Source of the DNA: a virus
Lineage: Duplodnaviria; Caudoviricetes
Length of the DNA stretch: 64,000 nucleotides
Virus record (IMG/VR): IMGVR_UViG_2974791771_000001
Coordinates: 1 to 64,000 of that record
Direction: 5' to 3' (one strand)
The notes under the pieces are model-generated. The model was not told where the DNA came from, did not search any database, and was given only the letters and a program-made list of their open reading frames with translations. Numbering within the stretch: the stretch's first letter is position 1; every line of letters begins with the position of its first letter. The translations under genes were made by a program, and so were the position numbers. Positions 30,670 to 38,781 of this stretch are shown piece after piece.

Positions 30670-31474
30670 GAATCCGATTACGCGGCATCAGATTTCGCCG
30701 AACAAGCATTCTGGTGGCCGTGATGTTGACTGGGTTGTGATCCACACTCAGGAGGGCAATGGGCGGGCGAAGGACATCATCCCGTTCCTGTGCAATCCGG
30801 CGTCTCAGGTGTCGTACAACGCGGTGGTGGATGACGTGGAGTCGGTGTTGGTGGTCCCGTGGGATCAGAACCCGTGGTCTGCGTCGAACGCGAACACTCG
30901 GGGCGATCACCTGCTGTCGGCTGGATCGTTCGCACGCTGGACGACTGCGAAGTGGGTTGAGACTGATGCCCGCGACGGCAAGAACGAGAACGCGCAGATG
31001 GATCGACTGGCGAAGCTGACGGCCTGGCGTTGCAAGGTGCGTGGCATCCCCCCGATCTATGTGGGCGGCAAGGGTATGCCGAAGACGCCCGGTATCTGCG
31101 GGCATGTCGATTTCGGGGCGTGGGGCGGCGGTCACACGGATCCCGGCAAGCACTTTCCCTGGGCCGAGTTCATTCGGCGGGTCCAGGAGCACTACTACGG
31201 AGAGGAACTGAACGTGGCCGCTAAGGACGAGATTATCGCCTTCATCAAGGCGTACGTGGGTCCGATTGTTTCGGACGTTAAGGACATCCGCCAGCAGTTG
31301 ACTGGTGGACGAGATGCGGGCGAGTACCCCGGCTGGGCTCAGTTGGGCCAGGACGAGAAGGGGAAGAACCTCACGGTTGTGGATTCCCTGGGTGACGTGC
31401 GCAAAAAGGTGGTCGGGCTGGTTGATGCCATCAAGAGCTTGGATGCTCGGGTGGCTCGTTTGGAGGCAAAGTGA
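30662..31474 (+). CDS. lysA: Lysin A, N-acetylmuramoyl-L-alanine amidase module
   Basis: HTQEG, GHVDF, HTDPG Zn-amidase motifs; GWAQLG motif. Confidence 0.88.
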   Translation: MVENPITRHQISPNKHSGGRDVDWVVIHTQEGNGRAKDIIPFLCNPASQVSYNAVVDDVESVLVVPWDQNPWSASNANTRGDHLLSAGSFARWTTAKWVETDARDGKNENAQMDRLAKLTAWRCKVRGIPPIYVGGKGMPKTPGICGHVDFGAWGGGHTDPGKHFPWAEFIRRVQEHYYGEELNVAAKDEIIAFIKAYVGPIVSDVKDIRQQLTGGRDAGEYPGWAQLGQDEKGKNLTVVDSLGDVRKKVVGLVDAIKSLDARVARLEAK

Positions 31475-31689
31475 GCGATGAGACGCGGCGAACTGTCCGC
31501 ACGGTTTTTCAGGCTGCTGTGGCTGTTGCTGCGGCACTCCCGCTGATTGTTGTGGCGTCGGGTATCCCGGCGACTGCGGCTGGTGTGGGCGTGGCGTTGG
31601 CGGTGGCTGGCGGTGTGACTCGGGTGATGGCGCTCCCCGTTGTGGACGAGCTGTTGCACACCTATGTGCCGTGGCTGGCTAAGGACTGA
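31471..31689 (+). CDS. Holin
   Basis: Two TM helices; RTVFQ motif; lies after the lysins. Confidence 0.8.
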   Translation: MSDETRRTVRTVFQAAVAVAAALPLIVVASGIPATAAGVGVALAVAGGVTRVMALPVVDELLHTYVPWLAKD

Positions 31690-31694
31690 CTTTC

Positions 31695-32078
31695 GTGACA
31701 ACCGTGCCTCCGGATGCGGTTGACCTTGTTGGTGGCGGCTGGCCTGCGATCATCCTTGGATTGGGATTGTTCGCGGCTGCCGCTGCTACAGGGTTTATCC
31801 GGTATTTGATGAAGAAGACGAACCAGCTTCAGGCTGACTATGTGACTCTGCGCCAAGAGTTCGAAGCCCTGAAAGAGGAGTCGCGCAAGCAGGAGGAACG
31901 TCACCGGCAGGACCGGGAGCGTGACTACCTGTTGATTACTGCTTTGCAGAATAAGTTGGTGGCGTTGCAGGTGTACATCGCAACGCTGCGTGGGATGCTC
32001 GCTGAGCGTGGCATTGTGTCTCCGGACCCGCCCACGTTCCGGGATGACGATCCAGACATCACTAAGATTTCGACCTGA
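31695..32078 (+). CDS. Membrane-anchored coiled-coil lysis accessory protein
   Basis: One TM segment plus a coiled coil. Confidence 0.65.
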   Translation: MTTVPPDAVDLVGGGWPAIILGLGLFAAAAATGFIRYLMKKTNQLQADYVTLRQEFEALKEESRKQEERHRQDRERDYLLITALQNKLVALQVYIATLRGMLAERGIVSPDPPTFRDDDPDITKIST

Positions 32079-32084
32079 TACAAG

Positions 32085-32128
32085 ACACCCCCTAGGTGGC
32101 CCTGAGTGGCTGCCTAGGGGGTGTTTTT
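32085..32128 (+). terminator. Intrinsic (likely bidirectional) terminator ending the late operon
   Basis: ACACCCCCTAGG/CCTAGGGGGTGT stem plus TTTT. Confidence 0.85.
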
Positions 32129-32154
32129 GTCGTTTCTGGGTATAGATATGGGTA

Positions 32155-32204
32155 GGCCCCCAACCCTGGGTGGAACGGAGAGTAACGCCCCAAGGTTGAG
32201 GGCC
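32155..32204 (-). terminator. 16-bp hairpin downstream of lsr2
   Basis: Two mismatches become G-U pairs only on the minus-strand RNA. Confidence 0.5.
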
Positions 32205-32226
32205 TGGCTAGTGTAGCAGAAGTGGG

Positions 32227-32577
32227 CTACCCGACTGCCGCCTCGAAGGCTTCACGGATCTCAGCAGGGACGCGACCCTTATCGGACACTTCGTACCCGT
32301 TGTCTCGTGCCCAGTTGCGGATCTCGGCCAGCTCGGCAGACTTGGCGGCTTTCGTGGGGGCGACGGCCTTTGCGCGGCGCTTGCGTCGACCGCCGACCTT
32401 CTGGGCCTTGTCGGTCCACTTGGTCATGTCCTTCTGGAACTTGGTGACGTTGCTGGGACGCAAGTCGAGCTGGTATTGCTCGCCCTCGACGGAGAACTCC
32501 ATGACGATGGGCTCTTCGTTCTCGATGGGCTGACCGTCGTAGTCGTCGATGACTCGGATGACTTCTTGGCGTGACAT
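32227..32577 (-). CDS. lsr2: Lsr2-like nucleoid-associated protein
   Basis: N-terminal DDYDG..YQLDL dimerisation domain; IRNWARDNGYEVSDKGRVP DNA-binding domain. Confidence 0.92.
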   Translation of the reverse strand: MSRQEVIRVIDDYDGQPIENEEPIVMEFSVEGEQYQLDLRPSNVTKFQKDMTKWTDKAQKVGGRRKRRAKAVAPTKAAKSAELAEIRNWARDNGYEVSDKGRVPAEIREAFEAAVG

Positions 32578-32661
32578 GTGCGTCCCTCTCTTGGTGCTTA
32601 TCGGATAAGGCCGTTGGCTTGACGATTTGGATCGTAACAGCCTTATCGATAAGTCCGCTAC

Positions 32662-33450
32662 CTATTCGGCTAGCGCGTCGTCTGATCCTGTCGAGTTTGT
32701 GTCTCTTGGGGGCCAGCAGTCGGGGATTACTAGCGGCTTTGTCACTTGACGAAAGGACACGGTTGCGGCGATCCCTAAGGCGGCAATTGCGGCGGCTCTT
32801 ACCGTGTAGTCGATGGCTAGGCTCGCTTCGGGGAGGCGATGATCCGTGTTGATCAGCAGGTTGATGATGCGGGAGCTTCCAACGAGGACGCCTCCGTACG
32901 CGGCTATGCGGTACCAGCACGCTATGCGTCGCAGGCTGCTCCCCTCTTCGGCGAGTCTGATGATGGTGTTGGCGTAGCCAATGCACAGGGTGCATACGAA
33001 GATGAGCCAGATGCAGAAGATTCCCCAGAAGAAGTTTCTGCCGAGTGCGGGGAATTCACCCGTGTAGGGGTTGTCGTCCAAGCCGCCGATGAAGAACCCG
33101 ATCCAGAGCGCCACGATGAAGCCGGTCAGGACGGTGCTCGCGGTTTGGGCCATCTGTTCGTCAAGAAGGGAAAGAGTGTCGGCTAGGTGCAGGATCAGCA
33201 TGTGCACGCCGAGCATGATGAGGCTGAGGCCGAGTAGGAGGTCTGCTCGCCAGATGTCCGTGAGGTGCCCGGACAGGTCGCCTATGAAGTTGTGGGTGGG
33301 TGAGATGAGTAGGCATCCGAGGGCTATGGATGCGAGTCCGTAGTTTGCTGCCGCGAATCCGCGATGCCGCCAGAATCGGCGGCGTTGGTAGCAGGCGAGT
33401 CCGAGGAACGCGGTCGGGAGCAAGGTCACCAGGTTTAGGGGGGTAGACAT
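32662..33450 (-). CDS. Multi-pass membrane protein (about 6-7 TM)
   Basis: Repeated hydrophobic segments; downstream of the repressor. Confidence 0.75.
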   Translation of the reverse strand: MSTPLNLVTLLPTAFLGLACYQRRRFWRHRGFAAANYGLASIALGCLLISPTHNFIGDLSGHLTDIWRADLLLGLSLIMLGVHMLILHLADTLSLLDEQMAQTASTVLTGFIVALWIGFFIGGLDDNPYTGEFPALGRNFFWGIFCIWLIFVCTLCIGYANTIIRLAEEGSSLRRIACWYRIAAYGGVLVGSSRIINLLINTDHRLPEASLAIDYTVRAAAIAALGIAATVSFRQVTKPLVIPDCWPPRDTNSTGSDDALAE

Positions 33451-33533
33451 GGTGTCGGTGAAGCTTTCTGCGCATGAAAAAGGGACGCGGGATCTATCGC
33501 TCCGCGCCCCTTCTACTTGGGGGATGTCAAGTT

Positions 33534-33878
33534 TTACAGCTGTACTGCGGGGTTGAGCTTGGGTTGTCCTCTCGTTCGTGCACGGGTGATGCGGCTAGCC
33601 TTCCGGGTCGCCACCAATGTAAAACCCGGCATCTGCTCGATGTACTCGTTGGTGGCGTCGGTATCGATGAAACCGAGGTCAAGTAGTGCCTGGACTTCGT
33701 TGAAACCGTAGTGGCGGGCCACGGCGATTACGTCATCAGCCCCGACCTTGTTGGCCTTGCGTCGGTTGACGTAGGTGCCGCGCGATACGCCGAGGACTCC
33801 TGCGATGTCCTCGTGCAAGACCTGCGCCCCTGTCTGGACTGTCGCATACGCGGCTAGGTCGATCCTGCGGTTTGTCAT
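33534..33878 (-). CDS. Immunity repressor (HTH)
   Basis: HEDIAGVLGVSRGTYVNR HTH; divergent from cro-like gene. Confidence 0.8.
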   Translation of the reverse strand: MTNRRIDLAAYATVQTGAQVLHEDIAGVLGVSRGTYVNRRKANKVGADDVIAVARHYGFNEVQALLDLGFIDTDATNEYIEQMPGFTLVATRKASRITRARTRGQPKLNPAVQL

Positions 33879-33915
33879 GTTTCTCAGTCTACGTGTCACG
33901 TACGACAGCCGTCCA

Positions 33916-33931
33916 GTCCAACTTTTTGGAC
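33916..33931. promoter_or_regulatory. Operator-like palindrome GTCCAA-N4-TTGGAC, copy 1
   Basis: GTCCAActttTTGGAC. Confidence 0.75.
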
Positions 33932-33992
33932 AAGCTGTGATCTCGGTTACCGCTGGTCAGGGGCATCGCGTGGGACCAAAGACCCTAACGTC

Positions 33993-34391
33993 GTGTCCAA
34001 GTTCTTGGACGTCACGCTTGTAATTCGATCCACGTCGGCTAGTGTCTTCAACGTGATCGAGACCGCAGCGAAAGTAGCTCGCAGCAGACAGACCCCCTCG
34101 CCCATCTACCCCCGCAGTACGCCGGCCAAACGCCAGACAGCCACAAAGAAGACTTCGGCAAGGCGCACAACTGAATGGCAGTTCCGGCTCAATATGCCGA
34201 TGCTGTGGAGGCTGATGAACGATCAGGGTTTCTCGGGAGCAACTGACCTAGCGGTTCACTGCAAGGTGTCCCGCGACACGATGTCTCGGGCCTTCCGGGG
34301 AGACGCCATCACCGCCTCTCTGGCTTGCAAGGTCGCTACGGCCTTGGGTGTCCATCCGAGTGAGGTTTCACGTTTCCAGGATGTGCCATGA
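33993..34391 (+). CDS. Cro-like HTH regulator (true start probably downstream)
   Basis: ATDLAVHCKVSRDTMSRAFRG HTH; 33993 start overlaps the operator so is unlikely. Confidence 0.7.
   Translation: MSKFLDVTLVIRSTSASVFNVIETAAKVARSRQTPSPIYPRSTPAKRQTATKKTSARRTTEWQFRLNMPMLWRLMNDQGFSGATDLAVHCKVSRDTMSRAFRGDAITASLACKVATALGVHPSEVSRFQDVP
33995..34010. promoter_or_regulatory. Operator-like palindrome, copy 2
   Basis: GTCCAAgttcTTGGAC. Confidence 0.75.
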
Positions 34392-34579
34392 CGGTCAGGT
34401 ACCTGACGACCGAGCAGGTTGCCGAAGCGACAGGGTTCACGCCGAAGACGATTCGGGAGAAGGCCGTGCAGCATGTTCGGACGAATGGCCGGAAGGGGTT
34501 GCGTGGGTTCCAGACGGGGCCTAACACTCCGTGGCGGTTTCGCCCTCGTGACGTGGAGGCGTTCATAGAAGGTAGCTAG
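34388..34579 (+). CDS. xis: Excisionase-like winged-HTH protein
   Basis: YLTTEQVAEATGFTPKTIR...WRF. Confidence 0.8.
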   Translation: MTVRYLTTEQVAEATGFTPKTIREKAVQHVRTNGRKGLRGFQTGPNTPWRFRPRDVEAFIEGS

Positions 34580-34584
34580 TTTTC

Positions 34585-34627
34585 GCCTGACTGGCAGACA
34601 CGTGGGGTTCGAGTCCCCCGACAGGCA
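34585..34627 (+). ncRNA. Mini tRNA-like element (acceptor stem plus T arm only)
   Basis: GCCTGAC/GACAGGC stem; GGGG-TTCGAGT-CCCC. Confidence 0.45.
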
Positions 34628-34689
34628 CGACGGAACGTACATAGCCTGACGACAACTTGCGTGCGTTCCCTCATTCTTTCTCTCTCTCA

Positions 34690-35245
34690 ACACCCACGGT
34701 CACCGTGCGCTCTGTTTGGCGTGCGCCCGTGATGGTGTGTGTCCTTTCAGAACTCCATAGTGCTCCTGTGCTGCCCGTTGAACGGCCAGACGAAACGAGA
34801 CCTGCCCCAGGTAAGTGGGGTGAAGTGGGTGGACGGTTGACGTGTCCCTGAAGCCCTAAGGTGCTGTGTTTGGTGTCGACTTCTGTGGCGGTACAGAAGA
34901 ACCCTTATTGGGTTTGATTTTCATTAAGTACTTCGATGTTCACCGAAGATACGACTGGTGTCGGGATCCCTGGGCGGGGACTCTCTTCACCTGCATCACC
35001 GCTTCCCCAAGCTTTTGGTGATGTGTGCCGCGACCACCATCCTAGCGCGGCGAGTCTAGGCGTGTACCGCCACCTATGCCCGAGTCCATCAGATGTGGAT
35101 TCGGGAGGGGTACGAACCAGGCCGGGATGGGCCTGGGTGCGGAAGCCGCTCGTTTCAGTGAATGTCGGTGGGGGTTCGCCGACCAACGTTGGCCCGTTGA
35201 GGCAGGTTCGATCCTGGTTCCCTTGCTGAATGTCCAGTTCTTTCA
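34690..35245 (+). ncRNA. Candidate large structured non-coding RNA
   Basis: At least 10 consecutive hairpins, long-range pairings and a 3' T-loop; no credible ORF. Confidence 0.6.
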
Positions 35246-35272
35246 ATTGTTTCCACAGATTTGAGGTGTGTC

Positions 35273-35668
35273 ATGTCCACTGGTACCGCCATGCACGAAA
35301 CCTTCGAGAAGTTTGTTGCCGAAGTGCGCCGGCTCGCCAACGAAAACCCCGAGTTCATTTACAAGCCCCGAAATGTTCCGGGCCAGAACATCACCTGCCA
35401 CTACGTGAACGAGGACCGCACAGGCGGGGATTGCCTGATCGGCCAGGCGCTCTTCAACACGGGGATGCGCACAATTGAGCAACTGGATGAGGTTGAGGGC
35501 CGGGGTGCAGCCACGGTACTTCGTCGATACTTCGACGCGCCCAGTGCGCTACAGCGTTGGGCCACAGAGGTGCAGGGCGCTCAGGACGATGGTGTGCCCT
35601 GGGGTGAGGCCGTCAGGCGCACCGACGCTCGTCACGCTGAGCTGGGTGGCGTAGGTGCCATCCAGTGA
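35273..35668 (+). CDS. Hypothetical protein (paralog of 37898..38293)
   Basis: Shared CxY..C(L/I)IG and RWAxxVQxxQDxGxxWGEA motifs. Confidence 0.75.
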   Translation: MSTGTAMHETFEKFVAEVRRLANENPEFIYKPRNVPGQNITCHYVNEDRTGGDCLIGQALFNTGMRTIEQLDEVEGRGAATVLRRYFDAPSALQRWATEVQGAQDDGVPWGEAVRRTDARHAELGGVGAIQ

Positions 35669-35753
35669 AGGGCAAGCTTGAAGTCGTTTTCGCTTACCTG
35701 TGCGGTGTCTGCATCTTCGGCATCGCTTTCTACTCACTGATCGGAGGGGCCGC

Positions 35754-36320
35754 ATGATTGGCCGCGAATTGATCCGCCAAGCACCGCCCTACGACTTGCC
35801 CCCGGCCCCGAAAGGTGCGGACGGCGAACCTGTCTACCCGTACGACATGCCCCACTACGTGGACTGTGGCACCGACCCCACCTACCTGAAGATGGCCGCT
35901 GAGCATTGCTTGGCTGGCATCGACTTCGACACCGTTGTGGGCATCGGGGTTTCGGGTGCGGTCGCGTTGCCTGTCACCTCGTTGGCGACCGGGAAGCGCA
36001 TGTTGGTGCTCCGCAAGCCTGGTGTGTCTGCTCACAGCACTTCCCATACGGGTTCGTTGGGTCGGTCGTGGGTGTTCGTGGATGACTTCATTGGCGGGGG
36101 CAGCACTTTCGAGAATGTGCGCGCTCAGGTGGAGGATCTTGCGCGGAGGCACAAGTTCACGACGTCTTTCGTCGGGGCGTTTCTGTACGGCTACTACCCG
36201 AACTACGAGCAGATCGCGCATGGCGCAAAGGATCATCGTGCCGCTACGTTCTTGTCTGCTGCGTCGTTCTTCGACAGGTACTCCCATCTCGCGCGTTACC
36301 AGGACTCCGACAATGACTGA
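35754..36320 (+). CDS. Type I phosphoribosyltransferase
   Basis: PRPP-binding loop VFVDDFIGGGSTF. Confidence 0.8.
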   Translation: MIGRELIRQAPPYDLPPAPKGADGEPVYPYDMPHYVDCGTDPTYLKMAAEHCLAGIDFDTVVGIGVSGAVALPVTSLATGKRMLVLRKPGVSAHSTSHTGSLGRSWVFVDDFIGGGSTFENVRAQVEDLARRHKFTTSFVGAFLYGYYPNYEQIAHGAKDHRAATFLSAASFFDRYSHLARYQDSDND

Positions 36321-36582
36321 CCGCAAGCCGGACCCGCCGCTGGTGGAGATCGCAGGCAGCGTGCTCGCCGCCAAGCCGGACGAGATGCCTGCTGTGCTCG
36401 CCGAACTGGAAAATCAGTTTGTGGTGATGTCGCGCAGGGATTTCAACTCGATGATGGCGACAGTTGCCATGCATCAGGCCGAGTACAAGAAAGAGAATTC
36501 GACGCTGCGTCAGCTTTTGAATCTTCCGGATTTGGATGCTGTTGACCAGGCCGAGCATTTCGCCACGGAGAGTGACCTCTGA
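36313..36582 (+). CDS. Hypothetical protein
   Basis: Start re-called to ATG 36313. Confidence 0.6.
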   Translation: MTDRKPDPPLVEIAGSVLAAKPDEMPAVLAELENQFVVMSRRDFNSMMATVAMHQAEYKKENSTLRQLLNLPDLDAVDQAEHFATESDL

Positions 36583-37013
36583 TGTACAACTACGACCACT
36601 ACTACAACATGCCTCCCGAGCTGCGTGAGGCGAAAGCCCTTGTCGATGCGTGGGATACAATCGTCGCTTCGAAGACGGACCTGACGACCGCCAAGGCGCT
36701 GGTTGACAACGCCAGCAACATCCAAGCGTGGCTTGATGCTGAGAAGCGTTGGCAGAACAACGTCCGTCTGTGGCTTCAGGCCGAGAAGCGTTGGGAGTAT
36801 TCGCAAACGAAGATGAGCAAGACTTCGTATGCGGCTGCCAAGCGAGGCTGGGATGAGATCAAGAAGTATGTCCCGAACTTCGACGGGTACAGCACTTTCG
36901 AGCAGCTACCGGAGTCCCTTCAGTTCCGGTATGCGGCGTTTGCTGCTGCGGCACTTGAGATTGAGGTTCCGCCCGAGGTGAAGTCGGGTGTTCAGAATCA
37001 GGTGGTCTTGTGA
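36582..37013 (+). CDS. Hypothetical protein
   Basis: Coupled ORF. Confidence 0.7.
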   Translation: MYNYDHYYNMPPELREAKALVDAWDTIVASKTDLTTAKALVDNASNIQAWLDAEKRWQNNVRLWLQAEKRWEYSQTKMSKTSYAAAKRGWDEIKKYVPNFDGYSTFEQLPESLQFRYAAFAAAALEIEVPPEVKSGVQNQVVL

Positions 37014-37297
37014 CCGCGCCAACCCTGAAGGCATCGGACTTCGAGTTCTCCCCGCACGCCATCGACCGAATGCTCGACATGGCAGTGGACGCGACAGAAG
37101 TCATCCGGGCGATGCAGGGCACGAAGATCAAAGACCCGCAGGGGGTTCGCTGGATCGGTGAACGGGTCACAGTGTTCGCGGTCTGGGATCCCCGATTGCA
37201 GAAGCATGTCGTCACCACCGTTGTGTGGAAATACGAAGACCTGTGGCGCAAGGACATGTCCATTGCCCCGTGCCACGGTCGGAAAGTGAAACCCTGA
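37010..37297 (+). CDS. Hypothetical protein, possible DUF4258/RelE-like fold
   Basis: FSPHAIDRM motif. Confidence 0.55.
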   Translation: MTAPTLKASDFEFSPHAIDRMLDMAVDATEVIRAMQGTKIKDPQGVRWIGERVTVFAVWDPRLQKHVVTTVVWKYEDLWRKDMSIAPCHGRKVKP

Positions 37298-37659
37298 TGC
37301 CCGAATCGAGCGAGACGCGCTCGCAGGCTGAGTATGCGGCAGACTCCTGGTCTGCACTCATCCGCGAAAACCACAGGCTGCGAGCCGAGAACCGCCGCCT
37401 CCGCGAAGAGGCCGACGATCCCGTGCACTCCGTCTACGAGGTGGCAACACACCTCGAAGGTCACGGCTTCCACGATGCACGGGACTGGACGTACCGGATC
37501 CTCGAAGAGTGGGTTCGCGGCTACAACGATTGGTGGAAGGGCGCTTTCATCACCCCGGAGGGCCGGAAGCATGTGCGGTTGACGCGCAGCGGGTTCATGT
37601 TCACACCGGCTGGTGTGCGTGCGGCTGAGCTTCAGTTCCTTGGGGAGGCGGTGTCGTGA
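37297..37659 (+). CDS. Hypothetical protein
   Basis: Coupled ORF. Confidence 0.65.
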   Translation: MPESSETRSQAEYAADSWSALIRENHRLRAENRRLREEADDPVHSVYEVATHLEGHGFHDARDWTYRILEEWVRGYNDWWKGAFITPEGRKHVRLTRSGFMFTPAGVRAAELQFLGEAVS

Positions 37660-37907
37660 CGATCGCGTTGTTGGACATTCCGGATCATATCGATGTGGGC
37701 GAGTTTGGTTTCGTCCCTGTGATTCCGGAGGGGCATCTGATTGTTGATGACCCTGTGCTTGATCCGGAGACGGGTGAGCCTGTGGTTGAGGTGGATCAAA
37801 TGGTTTTGGACCGGGATGGCTCGCCGTGGGCGTGGTCGGGTTCCGGCTGGATGGCTGCTGGCGATTGGCGTTCACAGCCGTGGGAGAAGGTCAAGCAATG
37901 GTTCTGA
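37656..37907 (+). CDS. Hypothetical protein
   Basis: Coupled ORF. Confidence 0.65.
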   Translation: MTIALLDIPDHIDVGEFGFVPVIPEGHLIVDDPVLDPETGEPVVEVDQMVLDRDGSPWAWSGSGWMAAGDWRSQPWEKVKQWF

Positions 37908-38293
37908 TCGGCAAGACGGAGTTCGAAGAGTTCACTCCGCAGGTGGAGGCGTCTCTTGTGGCTGCGGTCGTGGAGATCGCGACGGAGAAGCCGGATTTCA
38001 AGTATCGCCCGCCGTTCGAGCATGACGATGCGTGTTACTACGAGGTTGCCGGTCAGCCGTCGTGCATCATCGGGCGCGGGTTCTCGAAGATTGGCTTCAC
38101 TGGCCGCGAGCTGAAGGCGTTCGATGACTGTGGGCAGTCCAACGCGGAGTCGATTCTGCTCGCCCTGGGAGCTTCGGAGCATGTGGCCCGGTGGGCGCAG
38201 GCAGTCCAGGAGATGCAGGATTGCGGGAAGCTCTGGGGTGAGGCTCTATTCACCGCCGACCAGACGCACGGTCGCCCGGAGGTGAAGGCGTGA
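37898..38293 (+). CDS. Hypothetical protein (paralog of 35273..35668)
   Basis: See paralog. Confidence 0.7.
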   Translation: MVLIGKTEFEEFTPQVEASLVAAVVEIATEKPDFKYRPPFEHDDACYYEVAGQPSCIIGRGFSKIGFTGRELKAFDDCGQSNAESILLALGASEHVARWAQAVQEMQDCGKLWGEALFTADQTHGRPEVKA

Positions 38294-38781
38294 GTATCGC
38301 ACAAGCACAAGCTGACGTAGCCCATTTCATGCGTGGTGGCGGGCAGGAGGTTCGCTACTTCCCCACCATTCCGACGCGTGAAGGAACCGCATACGACGAG
38401 GGGCACCGCGACGAGTTCGTGTTCGCCACGATCGTCCAGGGCCTTGCAAACGGCATCAAAGACTCGGCGAACATCCACAAGTCCGAGCAGCTTCTTTCGA
38501 TGGCCCTGCTGCTCGAAGAGGTGGGTGAACTGTTCCAGGGCATCGCAAACAACGATCCGGTCGAGATTGCGGACGGCTCAACGGACGTGAAGGTCATCGT
38601 CCTGGGCATCGACAACCGTTTCGGCCTGCCCGCGCAGGAGTTGTTTGACGAGGTTCATCGTTCGAACATGTCGAAGTTCGTTGACGGCAAAGCTGTCCGG
38701 GACGCAGCCGGGAAGATTCAGAAGGGTCCGAACTACTCTCCCCCGCAACTCGAAAGGATCCTGTACCCCAATGAAGATTAG
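38290..38781 (+). CDS. MazG-like nucleotide pyrophosphohydrolase
   Basis: EEVGEL..EIADG.TD, EVHRSNMSK, KIQKGPNY. Confidence 0.85.
   Translation: MSIAQAQADVAHFMRGGGQEVRYFPTIPTREGTAYDEGHRDEFVFATIVQGLANGIKDSANIHKSEQLLSMALLLEEVGELFQGIANNDPVEIADGSTDVKVIVLGIDNRFGLPAQELFDEVHRSNMSKFVDGKAVRDAAGKIQKGPNYSPPQLERILYPNED

Noticed and set aside
34721-34730. GTGCGCCCG resembling a group II intron 5' end
   Set aside because: No domain V/VI or RT ORF is recognisable nearby.
34890-34915. ACAGAA..CCC resembling the RNase P RNA 3' motif; tmRNA possibility for 34.6-35.2 kb
   Set aside because: No GAGGAAAGTCC P4 motif; no tmRNA-type GGGG.TG 5' end, tag ORF or terminal CCA.
34905-35246. ORFs 34936..35229 (+), 34905..35246 (-) and 34657..34851 (+)
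   Set aside because: No SD, no coupling and atypical composition; they coincide with dense RNA stems.
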